From Dethiobacteria bacterium (lineage in GTDB: Bacteria > Bacillota > Dethiobacteria > DTU022 > UBA8154), in contig JBMNEM010000006.1 of NCBI GenBank assembly GCA_050948785.1, positions 7,313-71,312 of the forward strand: DNA of 64,000 bases, in the 5' to 3' direction. Position numbers and translations under genes: made by a program. This document shows positions 37,738-48,553 of this stretch, piece after piece; the first letter of the stretch is position 1; every line of letters starts with the position of its first letter. The notes below the pieces were generated by a model that did no database searches, was not told where the DNA came from, and saw nothing but the letters and a program-made list of their open reading frames with translations.

Positions 37738-39852
37738 TTATTTTTTCCCCCTCTCCAGATCCGCTCTTAATTCCTTTTCTGGATATTCAATTCTCTGGTG
37801 AAAAACTCCCGCGAGAATGTGGACGAAAGTATCCCCGATTTTATCCAAATCCTTCAAAGTCAAAGGTGCTTCATCCAGCTGCCCATCGTTTAGCTTTTCC
37901 TTAATAATCTTTCTAACCATACCTTCAATCCTCCCGGCTATCGGGCGTGATAAGGAACGTACCGCGGCCTCTACAGCATCAGCCAGAAGAATGATCGCGG
38001 CCTCCTTGGTTTGCGGTAAAGGACCTTCATAGCGAAATTCCTCCTCCGTAACCGCGATCCCCTTGTCTTCTTTATCTGCTAACTGTTGATAAAAATATCC
38101 AATTAAACTTGTCCCATGGTGCTGTTGAATAATTTCGATCACGGGAAACGGTAGTTTGGCCTCCCGGGCAAGCTCTAAACCATCTTTAATATGGGAACGG
38201 ATAATCAGCGCGCTGAGGTAGGGGGAAATTTTGTCGTGAGGGTTATCACCCGTAAACTGGTTTTCGACAAAAAGGTAGGGGCGCTTTATCTTGCCGATAT
38301 CATGATAAAACGCCGCCACCCGGGAAAGAAGGGGATCAGCTTTGATCGCCTCTGCCGCCGCCTCGGCAAGGTTTCCAACGACGATACTGTGATGATAAGT
38401 GCCGGGAGTCTCTAGCAGCAACTTGCGCAGCAGAGGGTGGCCCGGATCGGCCAATTCTAATAGCGTAACAGCGGTTGTCAAACCAAAGGCGCTTTCCAGG
38501 TAGGGCAAGAGACCAATCGCCATTACGGAGGAAAAAAGACCGTTTCCCAGGCCCGCAAGGACAGAAATGCTGAATTCTCTCAAAAAATCATATTCCAGCT
38601 GAAAACCCCTGTTGAGAAGGAGCAGGGCGGTAATACAGAGAATATTGACCCCCCCGACATAAATACCCGCCCTGGTAAGATCGGAACGCCTCTGCAGGCG
38701 GGAAACACTGCATATTGCTACCAGACCGCTAAACAAAGATACAATTATATAATTAAATTCCCCATCAACAACAAATCCAAAAAGCAGTGCCATAATCATA
38801 CTGATCAGTACTGCCAGACGGGGCTCAAAAAGAACGGCAATCAGTATTGCACCCATAGCCATGGGCATTAAATAACCGGAAAAGTAACGCATCGCCAGGC
38901 CAAGCACAAGCGTTAAAACGACAATCAAACCCAGCAAGGAAAGCGAAGTGAAACTGTCATAAATATCCCTGTTAAAAAGATAAAGATATAATATTACTAA
39001 AATAAAAATAATAGCAAGTATAAAGAAAAGTCCGGCATACCCTCCCCGGTTAATACGCGACCCCAGCAACCCCAGGTCTTTTAGTTGAGCGATATGCTTC
39101 GCGGTGATTTCCTCCCCTTCTTGCACAATCAAGGATTTTTTTAAAATACGGACCGGCTCTACCGCCTGCCTGGCCGCTTCTTGGTTTGCCTTTGTCGCCA
39201 CTGCGTTAAAGATCATATTGGGTTGAATAAGAGGGGTAAGCAATCTTTCCGTTCCTTGCCGAATCTCCAGACTGAAAGGCAACAAACCCGTTTCCTGTAA
39301 AACCTGATTCAAGGCATCCTGCTTTCCTTCCTGTCTAATGCCTTTGGACATGACCTCCTCAAAGATCTTTTCTATTCTGGCCTGCAGCTCGTTCAGGCTG
39401 TCATGGTTCTGCTCTAAAAGAACACGAATAAACTCCTCCGGCAGCAGGACATCCGGATTTTCTTTAAAAAACAAGGCTGCCCTGTCCTCCACGCCGTCAT
39501 CTTTTAAGTTTTTAATTCTCCTAATTTCTTCAAAGAAATGGACCAGAAAAGTTTTCCCCTCTTCCAAAACATCAGGAACATGGTCATAAACCTCCGGAAC
39601 AGCAACAGCTGCTTCTTCCCGCAGCATGTTTGTAGTAAAGGTGTCAATCACTTCTCTGTGGGCAATAATCCTTTGCGGGCTGGGCATCCCCAACTCCACA
39701 GAAACCCCCAGAGGCATAATGGAAAAAAGGAGAAAAAAATATATGAAGATAAAAAGGCCGGCCCCCAGAAGAAATCTCCGGCCTCCTTTACTTTTGATCA
39801 AGAAATAAAAATCACTTAAAAATACTTTGGCTTTAATCCATAAATGCAGCAT
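37738..39852 (-). CDS. pgpH: 7TM-receptor-HD phosphohydrolase (YqfF/PgpH-type c-di-AMP phosphodiesterase)
   Basis: 704 aa: extracellular domain, 7 TM helices, C-terminal HD domain 'HSIVVGNLAEAAAEAI...AAFYHDIGK'. Confidence 0.75.
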   Translation of the reverse strand: MLHLWIKAKVFLSDFYFLIKSKGGRRFLLGAGLFIFIYFFLLFSIMPLGVSVELGMPSPQRIIAHREVIDTFTTNMLREEAAVAVPEVYDHVPDVLEEGKTFLVHFFEEIRRIKNLKDDGVEDRAALFFKENPDVLLPEEFIRVLLEQNHDSLNELQARIEKIFEEVMSKGIRQEGKQDALNQVLQETGLLPFSLEIRQGTERLLTPLIQPNMIFNAVATKANQEAARQAVEPVRILKKSLIVQEGEEITAKHIAQLKDLGLLGSRINRGGYAGLFFILAIIFILVILYLYLFNRDIYDSFTSLSLLGLIVVLTLVLGLAMRYFSGYLMPMAMGAILIAVLFEPRLAVLISMIMALLFGFVVDGEFNYIIVSLFSGLVAICSVSRLQRRSDLTRAGIYVGGVNILCITALLLLNRGFQLEYDFLREFSISVLAGLGNGLFSSVMAIGLLPYLESAFGLTTAVTLLELADPGHPLLRKLLLETPGTYHHSIVVGNLAEAAAEAIKADPLLSRVAAFYHDIGKIKRPYLFVENQFTGDNPHDKISPYLSALIIRSHIKDGLELAREAKLPFPVIEIIQQHHGTSLIGYFYQQLADKEDKGIAVTEEEFRYEGPLPQTKEAAIILLADAVEAAVRSLSRPIAGRIEGMVRKIIKEKLNDGQLDEAPLTLKDLDKIGDTFVHILAGVFHQRIEYPEKELRADLERGKK

Positions 39853-39853
39853 T

Positions 39854-40858
39854 TTATCCTGATCCCCGGTTTTTTACATCCTGATATTTTTCGTAGGCCT
39901 TAATAATTTTTTGCACCAGATTATGCCGAACCACATCCTGGTCACTTAAATAAATAAAAGCTATCTCCGGAATATCTTTTAAAACACTCATAATTTCAAC
40001 TAAACCGGAAAACTGGGCCCGGGGAAGATCTATCTGGGTGATGTCCCCCGTGATTACAACCTTGGAACCAAAACCCATCCGGGTCAAAAACATCTTCATT
40101 TGTTCGGGAGTGGTATTTTGAGCTTCATCCAAAATTATAAAAGAATCGTCCAGTGTTCTTCCCCGCATATAGGCCAGCGGGGCAACCTCAATAACTCCTT
40201 TTTCCCTGTACTTCAAAAAGCTTTCCACGCCCATTAAATCATAAAGAGCATCATAAAGGGGACGCAGGTAAGGATCAACCTTATCGTGCAAATCCCCGGG
40301 CAAAAAACCAAGGTGCTCCCCGGCTTCCACGGCAGGCCTGGTTAATACCAGCCTCTGCACAATTTTATTCTTTAAAGCAAAAACAGCCATCGCCATCGCC
40401 AGGTAGGTCTTACCGGTCCCAGCCGGGCCTATACCAAAGACAATCTCATAACCACGTAAGGCTTCCACGTATTTTTTTTGGCCCAAAGTCTTGGGACGGA
40501 TTTTTTTACCCCGGTCGGTAACAAGAACAAAGTCGTTAAAAAGAGATTTGATTTCCCGGCCTTGTCCCCCCTTGGCAAGCTTCAAGGCATAAATAAATTC
40601 CGGAGTCGTTAAAAAATGCCCTCCTCTGATTACAGCCAGAAGTTCTTGAAAAAGAGTATATACTCTTTCCACATCTTCTTTTTTACCCTGGAAGGTAAGC
40701 TCGTCTCCCCGGGGAATAATTCTCACCATAAAGCTTTCTTCCACCAGGGAAATGTGCTCATCAAATTTTCCGAGCAAGGGGAAAACTTCATCCATGTCCT
40801 TTAAATAAAGCTTGGATTCTTCTTCATACTCCTCCGTCAAGAAATAAGTTCCCTCCAC
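39854..40858 (-). CDS. phoH: PhoH-family ATPase
   Basis: 'GPAGTGKTYLAMAMA', 'ILDEAQN'; the annotated start overlaps the yqfD end by 35 nt, so the true start may be internal. Confidence 0.9.
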   Translation of the reverse strand: MEGTYFLTEEYEEESKLYLKDMDEVFPLLGKFDEHISLVEESFMVRIIPRGDELTFQGKKEDVERVYTLFQELLAVIRGGHFLTTPEFIYALKLAKGGQGREIKSLFNDFVLVTDRGKKIRPKTLGQKKYVEALRGYEIVFGIGPAGTGKTYLAMAMAVFALKNKIVQRLVLTRPAVEAGEHLGFLPGDLHDKVDPYLRPLYDALYDLMGVESFLKYREKGVIEVAPLAYMRGRTLDDSFIILDEAQNTTPEQMKMFLTRMGFGSKVVITGDITQIDLPRAQFSGLVEIMSVLKDIPEIAFIYLSDQDVVRHNLVQKIIKAYEKYQDVKNRGSG

Positions 40859-42068
40859 TTCCTAAAGAAATTTGGGGGATAACGATATCCTCTAATGTTT
40901 CAAACATTGCACGGCAGCCAACTGTCCCTAGTTCATAAAAATAATATTCGCTGGCCATTCTTTTTTTAATCACAGTTCCCCGGGAAAGCTGGGCACCAAC
41001 CTTCTTGAAGGCTTCACTCCTGGCTTGCTGCAAAGCTTCCTGCGGAGAAACAGGCTGTATTTCTACCTCAAATTCCCAATAGTTATTATTTAGTAATTCG
41101 ACAGGCAGGCAAAGATTCCTCCATGCAAAGGTCCGTTTAATTTTTTCCAGCTCGTAATTACGGTAAGGAGAATTTTGGAAACCCCAAAGTAGATATTCCC
41201 GATCTTTGATCCGCAGGGAAAAGGAACGGGAATGAACACCCGTTTTTCTTTTTATTACCCTGTACAAAGGCGCTTCCGCATAGCTTTCATACCAGACAAG
41301 GGCTTCAACTTTTCCCTTCGGCCGGACATCTATACTTTTTTCTACAGGTTCTCCATTATTCTCCTCGTTCTCCTCTTCAATTGTCACTTTTCCGGAAATA
41401 AGCACCTGGCCTTTTTGTACAGTATCCCCAATATCAACAACAGCTTCCCCGGCCAGAACCAAAATATCCACAACAAGCCCATCTTTGGCGGCAATCAGGT
41501 TGGTGACCACTTCTTCTGGAGGAGGTTCTCCCTGCCGCTCAATAACCTGGACATTCAGGCAAACACCATCCAAACTGACCCCTACCCACTGCAGCCCCTC
41601 CAGCTCCAAAAGAAGTTTTCTTTCCAGGTCGGAAAGATCAACGTTGCTCTTCAGTACGCCTTTACGGACACCGCTATTTTCTAAAATAGCGGCAACTTTG
41701 CCGGTGTTCACACCTTCGTTTCCCTGAATATTAATCTGCCAAATAAACTGCGATAATAAATACTGCGTAAGACAAAAAAGAATAATCCCAACCAGTAACC
41801 CTTTCCGGCGCCAACCCTGCAGCAGGATAAAGGGTGTTCCCTTTTTTTGCAGTATTTTTACCCTGCAGCCGGTTTTTTTGAGAAGGGGACGCAGGCGTTT
41901 AAAATCCCGGGGCCTGATTTTTACCGTTACTGTATTCGCTTGGTAGTTCAGGTCCCAAAAATAGATCCTGTTTTTTACTGTTAAATTTAAAAGCCTCGCT
42001 ATCCCCGGCCCCTGCAGGGAAATAAGCAAATACCCCGGCCAGAGCCCCCTTCGCTCCAGCACAGCCAA
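40824..42068 (-). CDS. yqfD: Sporulation protein YqfD (stage IV-like)
   Basis: 414 aa, membrane-anchored, position between yqfC and phoH as in Bacilli/Clostridia. Confidence 0.7.
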   Translation of the reverse strand: MAVLERRGLWPGYLLISLQGPGIARLLNLTVKNRIYFWDLNYQANTVTVKIRPRDFKRLRPLLKKTGCRVKILQKKGTPFILLQGWRRKGLLVGIILFCLTQYLLSQFIWQINIQGNEGVNTGKVAAILENSGVRKGVLKSNVDLSDLERKLLLELEGLQWVGVSLDGVCLNVQVIERQGEPPPEEVVTNLIAAKDGLVVDILVLAGEAVVDIGDTVQKGQVLISGKVTIEEENEENNGEPVEKSIDVRPKGKVEALVWYESYAEAPLYRVIKRKTGVHSRSFSLRIKDREYLLWGFQNSPYRNYELEKIKRTFAWRNLCLPVELLNNNYWEFEVEIQPVSPQEALQQARSEAFKKVGAQLSRGTVIKKRMASEYYFYELGTVGCRAMFETLEDIVIPQISLGSGGNLFLDGGV

Positions 42069-42092
42069 ATCTTTAACCCGCCTTTCTCCAAA

Positions 42093-42404
42093 TCACTGAT
42101 ATTCCAGGGAACGAATCTCCCCTTCGATAAAAATTTCTTCACCAAAAAAATTTTTAATGACCAAGTCTTTACCTTTAATAATAATCTCGCCGCCCCTTAT
42201 TTTCAGACGCAGCAATTCATCACTGTATTCAATAATGCCACCATAATTTTCCAGATAGAGCTGTACATTGCCTATTAACGTCACCCGGGGCAAATTTAAA
42301 AGAAGTTCTTTGGGTAGTTCAAAAAAATCAGCCAGGCTTTCCGACCATTTTTTCTTTTTTTCCCCGAATTCCTTACCCCTCAAAAAATAACGCCTCCTAG
42401 TCAT
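42093..42404 (-). CDS. yqfC: Sporulation protein YqfC
   Basis: 103 aa 'LPRVTLIGNVQLYLENYGGIIEYSDELLRLKIRGGEIIIKG' typical of YqfC. Confidence 0.7.
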   Translation of the reverse strand: MTRRRYFLRGKEFGEKKKKWSESLADFFELPKELLLNLPRVTLIGNVQLYLENYGGIIEYSDELLRLKIRGGEIIIKGKDLVIKNFFGEEIFIEGEIRSLEYQ

Positions 42405-42773
42405 TTTCTCTACCTGTTTATTAAAATTTATGCTTTAATTATAAGGTTATGCCACCTGATGGGATGCCCATACTACAAAATACCGGGTAAAAAAAACAAA
42501 GCGCTGTTACTATCCAGGAAATAAAGGCTGAAGCACGGGACGGTTCAAGCGTCCCCGCAGCGCAACACAGGACCTGAAGGGAAGAAGATATAACCGCCTC
42601 CCCATGCTCGCCGCCCGGTCGCAAACAACCTGTTGACCTGAGAGTAGTTACAGCACGTTCATTAAAACAGCTTTGAAAGCAGCTTTGTTCTGCCAACCTC
42701 TGTACAACGAACTGCTTTCATAAAAGTGATTTTGTGAAGTCGGAATAAAAAGTGTTCATAAAGCAAATATTTG

Positions 42774-43289
42774 CTATTTTTTCACCCTGGCGGAATGGAA
42801 AGGTCTCCGGGCACGTGGAGGAGAAAGGACCTCCAGAGCAACTATACTCAAAGCGAGATTATCCCCTTTTAGCAGTCTCGCCAGTTCATATTCCCGCTTA
42901 TGCCGGATAACTTTCTCCTGACCTTCTTTCCTGGAGGAGACAGGAACTTCCCGCCTCATAGCCGCTACCTGCCATAAAGGCTGACTTTCATCCCCCGGAA
43001 TTTCATCCTCGAAAAACAAGGGTTGCAAACTTGGTTTGGCCACGGCCATCTCCCCGGGCGCTGTTTCTTCTTTGTCCTCCAAACCTTCCCGGACATCCAT
43101 GACCCCGCCTTCTGTTTCCTGCGGATTTTTCTCCTTTCGAATATCAAATAAATCGGGAGGCAAGGGAGGTCTGAGAGGCCGTCTCTGGGGTGGTAACGGC
43201 TTTCCCCCCCCACCCCGAAAAGACTGAAAAAGAGAAGAAAGGACCTTCAGCACAATCAAAAGAATGATCAGTTCCATGCGTCCATACAC
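42774..43289 (-). CDS. Hypothetical membrane-anchored, Pro-rich protein (positional YqfB equivalent)
   Basis: 171 aa, N-terminal TM, 'KPLPPQRRPLRPPLPPD'. Confidence 0.35.
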   Translation of the reverse strand: MYGRMELIILLIVLKVLSSLFQSFRGGGGKPLPPQRRPLRPPLPPDLFDIRKEKNPQETEGGVMDVREGLEDKEETAPGEMAVAKPSLQPLFFEDEIPGDESQPLWQVAAMRREVPVSSRKEGQEKVIRHKREYELARLLKGDNLALSIVALEVLSPPRARRPFHSARVKK

Positions 43290-43315
43290 ACCTCTTCAGA
43301 TTTGGTTAATCTCTT

Positions 43316-44398
43316 TTACTTGCGACCCGGATTCTCTTCATCATTATCCGCTTTACCCAGTTTGGAAATAGAATCCCGCATCTGGGTATCAGCAAAAATA
43401 TTTTGCAGGTTATAATAATCCATGACACCGAGTTTGCCTTCACGCAGGGCCTGGGCCATGGCTTCAGGCACTTCTGCTTCGGCCTCCACAACTTTGGCGC
43501 GCATCTCCTGCACGGCCGCTATCATTTCCTGCTCTTTGGCCACAGCCATGGCCCGCCTTTCCTCGGCCTTGGCCTGGGCAATACGCTTATCGGCCTCCGC
43601 CTGATCTGTCTGCAGCTGTGCCCCGATGTTTTTGCCCACATCCACGTCCGCAATATCGATCGAAAGAATTTCAAAAGCCGTGCCGGCATCGAGGCCCTTG
43701 TTCAACACCGTGTGAGAAATCATATCGGGATTCTCCAAAACTTCCTTGTGACTTCCGGAAGAACCAATGGTGGTGACAATCCCCTCCCCCACCCGGGCGA
43801 TAATCGTTTCCTCTCCTGCACCCCCGACCAGGCGATCGATATTGGCCCGGACTGTCACCCGTGCCTTGGCCTTGACTTCAATGCCATCCTTAGCTACCGC
43901 GGCCACTACAGGAGTCTCAATAACTTTGGGGTTTACACTCATCCGCACCGCCTGCAGAACATCCCTGCCGGCCAGATCTATTGCCGCCGCTCTTTCAAAG
44001 CCCAGCTCGATATTCGCTCTTTGGGCAGCGATGAGAGCGTTGACGACTTTATCGACATTACCGCCGGCCAGGTAATGGCCCTCCAATTTATTTACATTTA
44101 ACTCCAACCCGGCCTTGGTTGCCTTGATCAGTGGTTCGACGACTTTAGCGGGGATGACACGCCGCAAACGCATCCCGATTAGCGTAACGATACTGACACG
44201 CACGCCAGCAGCCAGAGCAGCGATCCATAATCTCAAAGGTATAAAACTGAATAAAATAGAAAAACCGACAATAATAAGCACAAGCAGGATCAAAAAAGGT
44301 AAAAAACCGTCCACCATGATCATCCTTTCCGTGTATAATTGCAAAAAAACATTGCTGAAATAATCAAACATTACTGATAATCGAAACAGCTCTTCCAA
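43316..44398 (-). CDS. floA: Flotillin-like protein FloA (SPFH domain)
   Basis: 360 aa; N-terminal hairpin TM, SPFH core, Ala/Glu-rich coiled-coil C-terminus. Confidence 0.8.
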   Translation of the reverse strand: MEELFRLSVMFDYFSNVFLQLYTERMIMVDGFLPFLILLVLIIVGFSILFSFIPLRLWIAALAAGVRVSIVTLIGMRLRRVIPAKVVEPLIKATKAGLELNVNKLEGHYLAGGNVDKVVNALIAAQRANIELGFERAAAIDLAGRDVLQAVRMSVNPKVIETPVVAAVAKDGIEVKAKARVTVRANIDRLVGGAGEETIIARVGEGIVTTIGSSGSHKEVLENPDMISHTVLNKGLDAGTAFEILSIDIADVDVGKNIGAQLQTDQAEADKRIAQAKAEERRAMAVAKEQEMIAAVQEMRAKVVEAEAEVPEAMAQALREGKLGVMDYYNLQNIFADTQMRDSISKLGKADNDEENPGRK

Positions 44399-44406
44399 GA
44401 AAAATG

Positions 44407-45786
44407 CTATCGCCGGCTGTTTTCCCTTTCACCGGCGCCACAAGAGCGCACCACTATGCGTCTTCCTTCCACCTTGATGACCTCGATGTTCGCTCCTGCC
44501 GGAATATAAGAACCTTCGCTGACCACATCAAACCTGGAGCCCTCGATCTCCGCAATCCCGGCGGGCCGGAGAGGGGTAATGCTTTGGCCGGTTTTGCTTG
44601 TTAGATAGTACCAATCCGCCGTGGAGCTGAAACCCCCTTCCCTGGTAGCAGCCTCCAGCAGGACAAAACTTCGCAGCGTACCCTTACGCTGGAAATATTT
44701 AAAAGCAAGGTAACCTGCCAGCGCGGAAACTACAAGGGAAATAAAGAGCATTTTTACCCCTAGATCGGTTGAAGCAGCGGTCAAAACAATGGAAGCAGAA
44801 ACGCAAACAAGACCCCCTGCTCCCAATACACCAAATCCCGGTATAAAAGCCTCGATAAGAAGTAAAATAATACCAAAGGTAAACAAGAAAATAGCCGGCC
44901 AGCCGCTCACCCCGGTAAAGAAATGCCCCCCAAAATAAAGACCAAAAGAAAGTATACTTAAAAGACCGGCCAAACCAAAGCCCGCTGTAAGAACTTCCAC
45001 GATCAGAAAAAGGAAGGCTGCGGAGAGAAGAAGAGTAGCGACCACGGGTTTTATCAGCCACCCGCTGAAAATCTCCCACTGGGTTGGCGCTGTTCTAACC
45101 AGACGGGACCCTTCAAGATTAAGAACCGGCAGCAACCCGGCCAATTTGGCGGCTGTTCCATCACTAAACCCCAGGTCTTCCGCTTCCTGAGCGGTAAGAG
45201 TTAAAAGCTCCCCGGCAGTAACAACGCCTTCAATGGCAATTTCCTTGCGGACCATTGCCGCTGCCAGAAGAGGATCTTTGCCCTGTTTTTCAGCGGCTAC
45301 ACGCATCTCTGCTTCCCAGGAAGAAAGATATTTTTCATCAGCAGCCTCCTGGCTGCCCAGAATCCTGGGTTCGGCAGCTCCAATAGTCGCCCCGGGAGCC
45401 ATGAAAAATTCATCCGTGCTGAGGGCTAAATAAGCGCCTGCAGAAAGGGCATGGTATTGAACATAACCATAAACAGGAAAGGGGGACTCGTCAATAAGCT
45501 TGCGGGCCTTTATCGCCGTATCGATATAACCTCCGGGAGTATCCAGCTCCAGGATTACGGCAGCAGCACCGGCATCGGCAGCCTCCTTTAAGGAGCGCTC
45601 AAAATAGACTAGCCACCCCGGCTCGATCTCACCCTTCACAGGAAGAACATAAACTGGCGCGGCGCCGGGCGTGGAACTGGCAAATATACCGAAAACAAAA
45701 GTTAGAACCAGGGAAAATATGACTACAAAACAAAGCTTTTTAAACAAAGGATAACCCCCTAGAAGAGTAAAACTTGGTTTTACCAA
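44407..45786 (-). CDS. NfeD-family membrane-bound serine protease (YqeZ-like)
   Basis: 459 aa: ClpP-like domain, polytopic membrane segment, C-terminal OB-fold; upstream partner of floA. Confidence 0.75.
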   Translation of the reverse strand: MVKPSFTLLGGYPLFKKLCFVVIFSLVLTFVFGIFASSTPGAAPVYVLPVKGEIEPGWLVYFERSLKEAADAGAAAVILELDTPGGYIDTAIKARKLIDESPFPVYGYVQYHALSAGAYLALSTDEFFMAPGATIGAAEPRILGSQEAADEKYLSSWEAEMRVAAEKQGKDPLLAAAMVRKEIAIEGVVTAGELLTLTAQEAEDLGFSDGTAAKLAGLLPVLNLEGSRLVRTAPTQWEIFSGWLIKPVVATLLLSAAFLFLIVEVLTAGFGLAGLLSILSFGLYFGGHFFTGVSGWPAIFLFTFGIILLLIEAFIPGFGVLGAGGLVCVSASIVLTAASTDLGVKMLFISLVVSALAGYLAFKYFQRKGTLRSFVLLEAATREGGFSSTADWYYLTSKTGQSITPLRPAGIAEIEGSRFDVVSEGSYIPAGANIEVIKVEGRRIVVRSCGAGERENSRR

Positions 45787-46006
45787 GTTCTACCGGAAAT
45801 ATTTATCCTAATTTTTACTAAAAATCCCGCCTTCCTTTCATTTAGGGGGAGGTAAACAGCAGCTGAATAAGAATTTTCCCTATTTCCATCCTGATAGAGG
45901 AAGGGCCCCACTCACCTTATTTAAAGGCTTATTAAGAAAAGTTTAAACCTTTAATAAAATGCCAAACCTCATTCTTAAGGGCCCTCCGGCTATCTTGAAA
46001 CATTAT

Positions 46007-46198
46007 TTATCGATAAGATCTTCTTTTTCTGCGTATTTTACGCGCCGCTTCGGCCTTTTTTTTGCGGCGAACGCTTGGTTTTTCATAGTGTTCTCTTTTA
46101 CGTATCTCCGAAAGTATACCTGTCCGTGCACATTGCCTTTTAAACCTTCTCAGGGCGCTATCAAAACTCTCGTTCTTACCAACTTTTACTTCAGACAC
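46007..46198 (-). CDS. rpsU: 30S ribosomal protein S21
   Basis: '[42 protein letters not shown]'. Confidence 0.9.
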   Translation of the reverse strand: MSEVKVGKNESFDSALRRFKRQCARTGILSEIRKREHYEKPSVRRKKKAEAARKIRRKRRSYR

Positions 46199-46363
46199 AT
46201 GCTTCCCTCCCCTCAGCCCGACCTGATAAAAAGGTCCTACGGAAAACCGTTCAACTTATTATACCTTTTGACCGAATAGCTGTCAATGAGAGACAAAATG
46301 TAAAAAAGATTTTATACTCAAGGGTACGCACTGGATAAATATTAATTTTTATTTATCTCCGTT

Positions 46364-46702
46364 TTACTGCTCTCCTAAAGGTCGTCCCCCCAAGAGATGA
46401 AAATGAAGATGATTTACTTCCTGCCCTGCATCCCGGCCACAATTCATAATCAGGCGATAACCTTTTTCCTGAATGTTTTTCTGCCGGGCAATCTCTTGAC
46501 TTACCCAGAGCAGATGTCCCATGAGCCCTTTATGCTCGATTTGCAGGTCATTGAACGTGGGAATATGCAAGCGTGGTATAATAAGGACATGGACAGGAGC
46601 CAAAGGAGCCTGATCATGAAAGGCAACAACCTCTTCATCTTGATAAACAAACTGCGACTGTATTTCTCCGCGGATTATTTTACAAAATACACAGTTTTCC
46701 AT
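46364..46702 (-). CDS. HIT-family (histidine triad) nucleotide hydrolase
   Basis: 'VNHLHFHLLGG' HxHxHxx motif. Confidence 0.85.
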   Translation of the reverse strand: MENCVFCKIIRGEIQSQFVYQDEEVVAFHDQAPLAPVHVLIIPRLHIPTFNDLQIEHKGLMGHLLWVSQEIARQKNIQEKGYRLIMNCGRDAGQEVNHLHFHLLGGRPLGEQ

Positions 46703-47038
46703 GAAAACGCCTCCTTAAAAAAACTTCACCGCAAGGTTATTATAGCATTTTATCCTTTTGTATCCCATACAAAATAGCAAGCAGAAATATATTTATACTA
46801 ATAATTCTCCCGGTTTATACTTGAGGAGTTATCATCAAGCATGAACCAAACGTAACAGTCCCGTTTTTTTTAAAAAAAATTCTGTTATAATACTTATGGA
46901 GGCAAAAGAAGTTTTTTTCAGGACCGCCACCCGGTTGAACTTGAATTATAAGCTTTTGGGGAAATAAAGGGTGGTGCCCGGCCCTGCCCCAAATTTGGTC
47001 GCTGTTCAGTTTAACTGTACAATGGAAGGATTGAAAAT

Positions 47039-48103
47039 ATGTACGGGGATATTACTGTTCAAGAAGCAATAAAGCTACCCACAGCTATTTTTATCGATCT
47101 GCGCTCCCCACATGAATACGGGCAAGGCTCTATTCCCGGTTCCGTAAACATCCCTCTTTTTAACGATCAGGAACGGGAAATTATCGGGCTGCAATACAAA
47201 GAAGACCGGCATCATGCCCGGATGACAGGTTTAAATCTCGTTAGCCCCAAACTCCCGGAAATTATGGAGAAAATCATCCGGTTGGGATATAATAGAATAC
47301 CGGTTGTGTACTGCTGGAGAGGAGGTTTGCGGAGTAAAAGCGTTTACAATCTCCTGGAAACAGTGGGGATACCCGCCTACAGACTGCCGGGTGGCTATAA
47401 AGCCTACAGGCGCTTCATTCTGGATCAGCTGACTGCTTATGAACTTAAAAAACCCCTCTTTGTTCTTAACGGGCTTACAGGCACCGGTAAAACAGAAATC
47501 CTGCGCCTGCTTATGGCCAGAGACTGCCCGGGTATTGATCTCGAGGATCTGGCTCGCCACCGGGGTTCCCTTTTTGGACATATAGGTTTTCGGGAAAAAC
47601 GCTGCCAGAAAGATTTTGATGCTCTGCTCTGGAACCGCCTGGAGGAACTCCAGAGCGCTCCCTACCTGCTCCTGGAGGGTGAAGGTAAAAGGATCGGTTC
47701 TGTTTACCTGCCTGCCTTTCTCTTCCAATCTATCCAGGAGGGAGCGCACATCCTTCTGACAGCCCCTTTGGAAAAGAGGGTTGAACGACTCCTGAAAGAA
47801 TATACCCCCTCTATCCAGGACGAAATCGAAGAGATTGAGGGGGCCATTCAATCACTTAAAAAATACCTCGGAGCAAAAACGGTTGCACACTTCCTTTTAT
47901 TATTAGAACAGGAAAATTATCCGGAGTTGATCCGCCTGCTTTGCGAACGGTATTATGATCGTCTATACAGTGAATCCCAGCCGGAAAAAACCGGTGGTTT
48001 TGCCCTGGCCGTAGATAGCAGTAATCCTGAAAAAGCAGCCGCAGAAATTATGCAATTCGTACAGCAAGCGTTGGCAACACAAAATATCCAACCCCGGGCC
48101 TGA
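47039..48103 (+). CDS. selU: tRNA 2-selenouridine synthase (rhodanese + P-loop)
   Basis: Rhodanese 'VYCWRGGLRS' active-site Cys, Walker A 'GLTGTGKT'; 354 aa. Confidence 0.75.
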   Translation: MYGDITVQEAIKLPTAIFIDLRSPHEYGQGSIPGSVNIPLFNDQEREIIGLQYKEDRHHARMTGLNLVSPKLPEIMEKIIRLGYNRIPVVYCWRGGLRSKSVYNLLETVGIPAYRLPGGYKAYRRFILDQLTAYELKKPLFVLNGLTGTGKTEILRLLMARDCPGIDLEDLARHRGSLFGHIGFREKRCQKDFDALLWNRLEELQSAPYLLLEGEGKRIGSVYLPAFLFQSIQEGAHILLTAPLEKRVERLLKEYTPSIQDEIEEIEGAIQSLKKYLGAKTVAHFLLLLEQENYPELIRLLCERYYDRLYSESQPEKTGGFALAVDSSNPEKAAAEIMQFVQQALATQNIQPRA

Positions 48104-48142
48104 AGCCCTTATAATATTTCATTATGAAAGGAGTAAAAACCT

Positions 48143-48520
48143 GTGAACGTTTATGACCATGCCCATGCTTTGGCCAAAGCAATCAAGTCGTCCCCGGAAT
48201 ACAAAAACTTTATAAAATGCCAGGAAAAACTGGAAAAAGATCCCCACGCCAAGGAGATGCTTACTGATTTCCAAAAAACTCAATGGGAATTGCAAAAACA
48301 AAAAATGTCCGGCTTGGAGGTGGCACCGGAGCAGGAAAAACGTCTGACCCAAATGTGGGAAGTTATCAGCCTGAATATGGTTGTTAAGGAGTATCTGGAG
48401 AGGGAGTACCATTTTAGCGTGATGCTTGCAGATGTGCAAAAGATCATTGGAGAAGCACTGAAAGATATTATTTCCCAGGAAATACCAGAAGAATCCCCGG
48501 CACATGACAAAGAGCAATAA
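48143..48520 (+). CDS. YlbF/YmcA (UPF0342) family regulatory protein
   Basis: GTG start after AAAGGAG; 'AIKSSPEYKNFIKCQEKLEKDPHAKEMLTDFQKTQ' family signature. Confidence 0.55.
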   Translation: MNVYDHAHALAKAIKSSPEYKNFIKCQEKLEKDPHAKEMLTDFQKTQWELQKQKMSGLEVAPEQEKRLTQMWEVISLNMVVKEYLEREYHFSVMLADVQKIIGEALKDIISQEIPEESPAHDKEQ

Positions 48521-48553
48521 TAGAAAAAAGCGGGCTTCCCGATCCCATTCAGA

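Noticed and set aside
42439-42696. 85-aa minus-strand ORF in the yqfB-yqfC intergenic region
   Set aside because: There is no RBS, and it is Cys/Ala/Ser-rich low-complexity reading through the GC-rich hairpin region. It is better explained as a structured non-coding leader (see finding).
43403-44101. 232-aa plus-strand ORF, with other long antisense ORFs (16233..16832, 31537..32106, 32309..32980, 51769..52246)
   Set aside because: They lie opposite strongly supported genes (floA, rpoD, glyS, glyQ, dnaJ). Their composition is low-complexity Ala/Arg/Ser-rich, typical of the reverse frames of GC-rich coding sequence.
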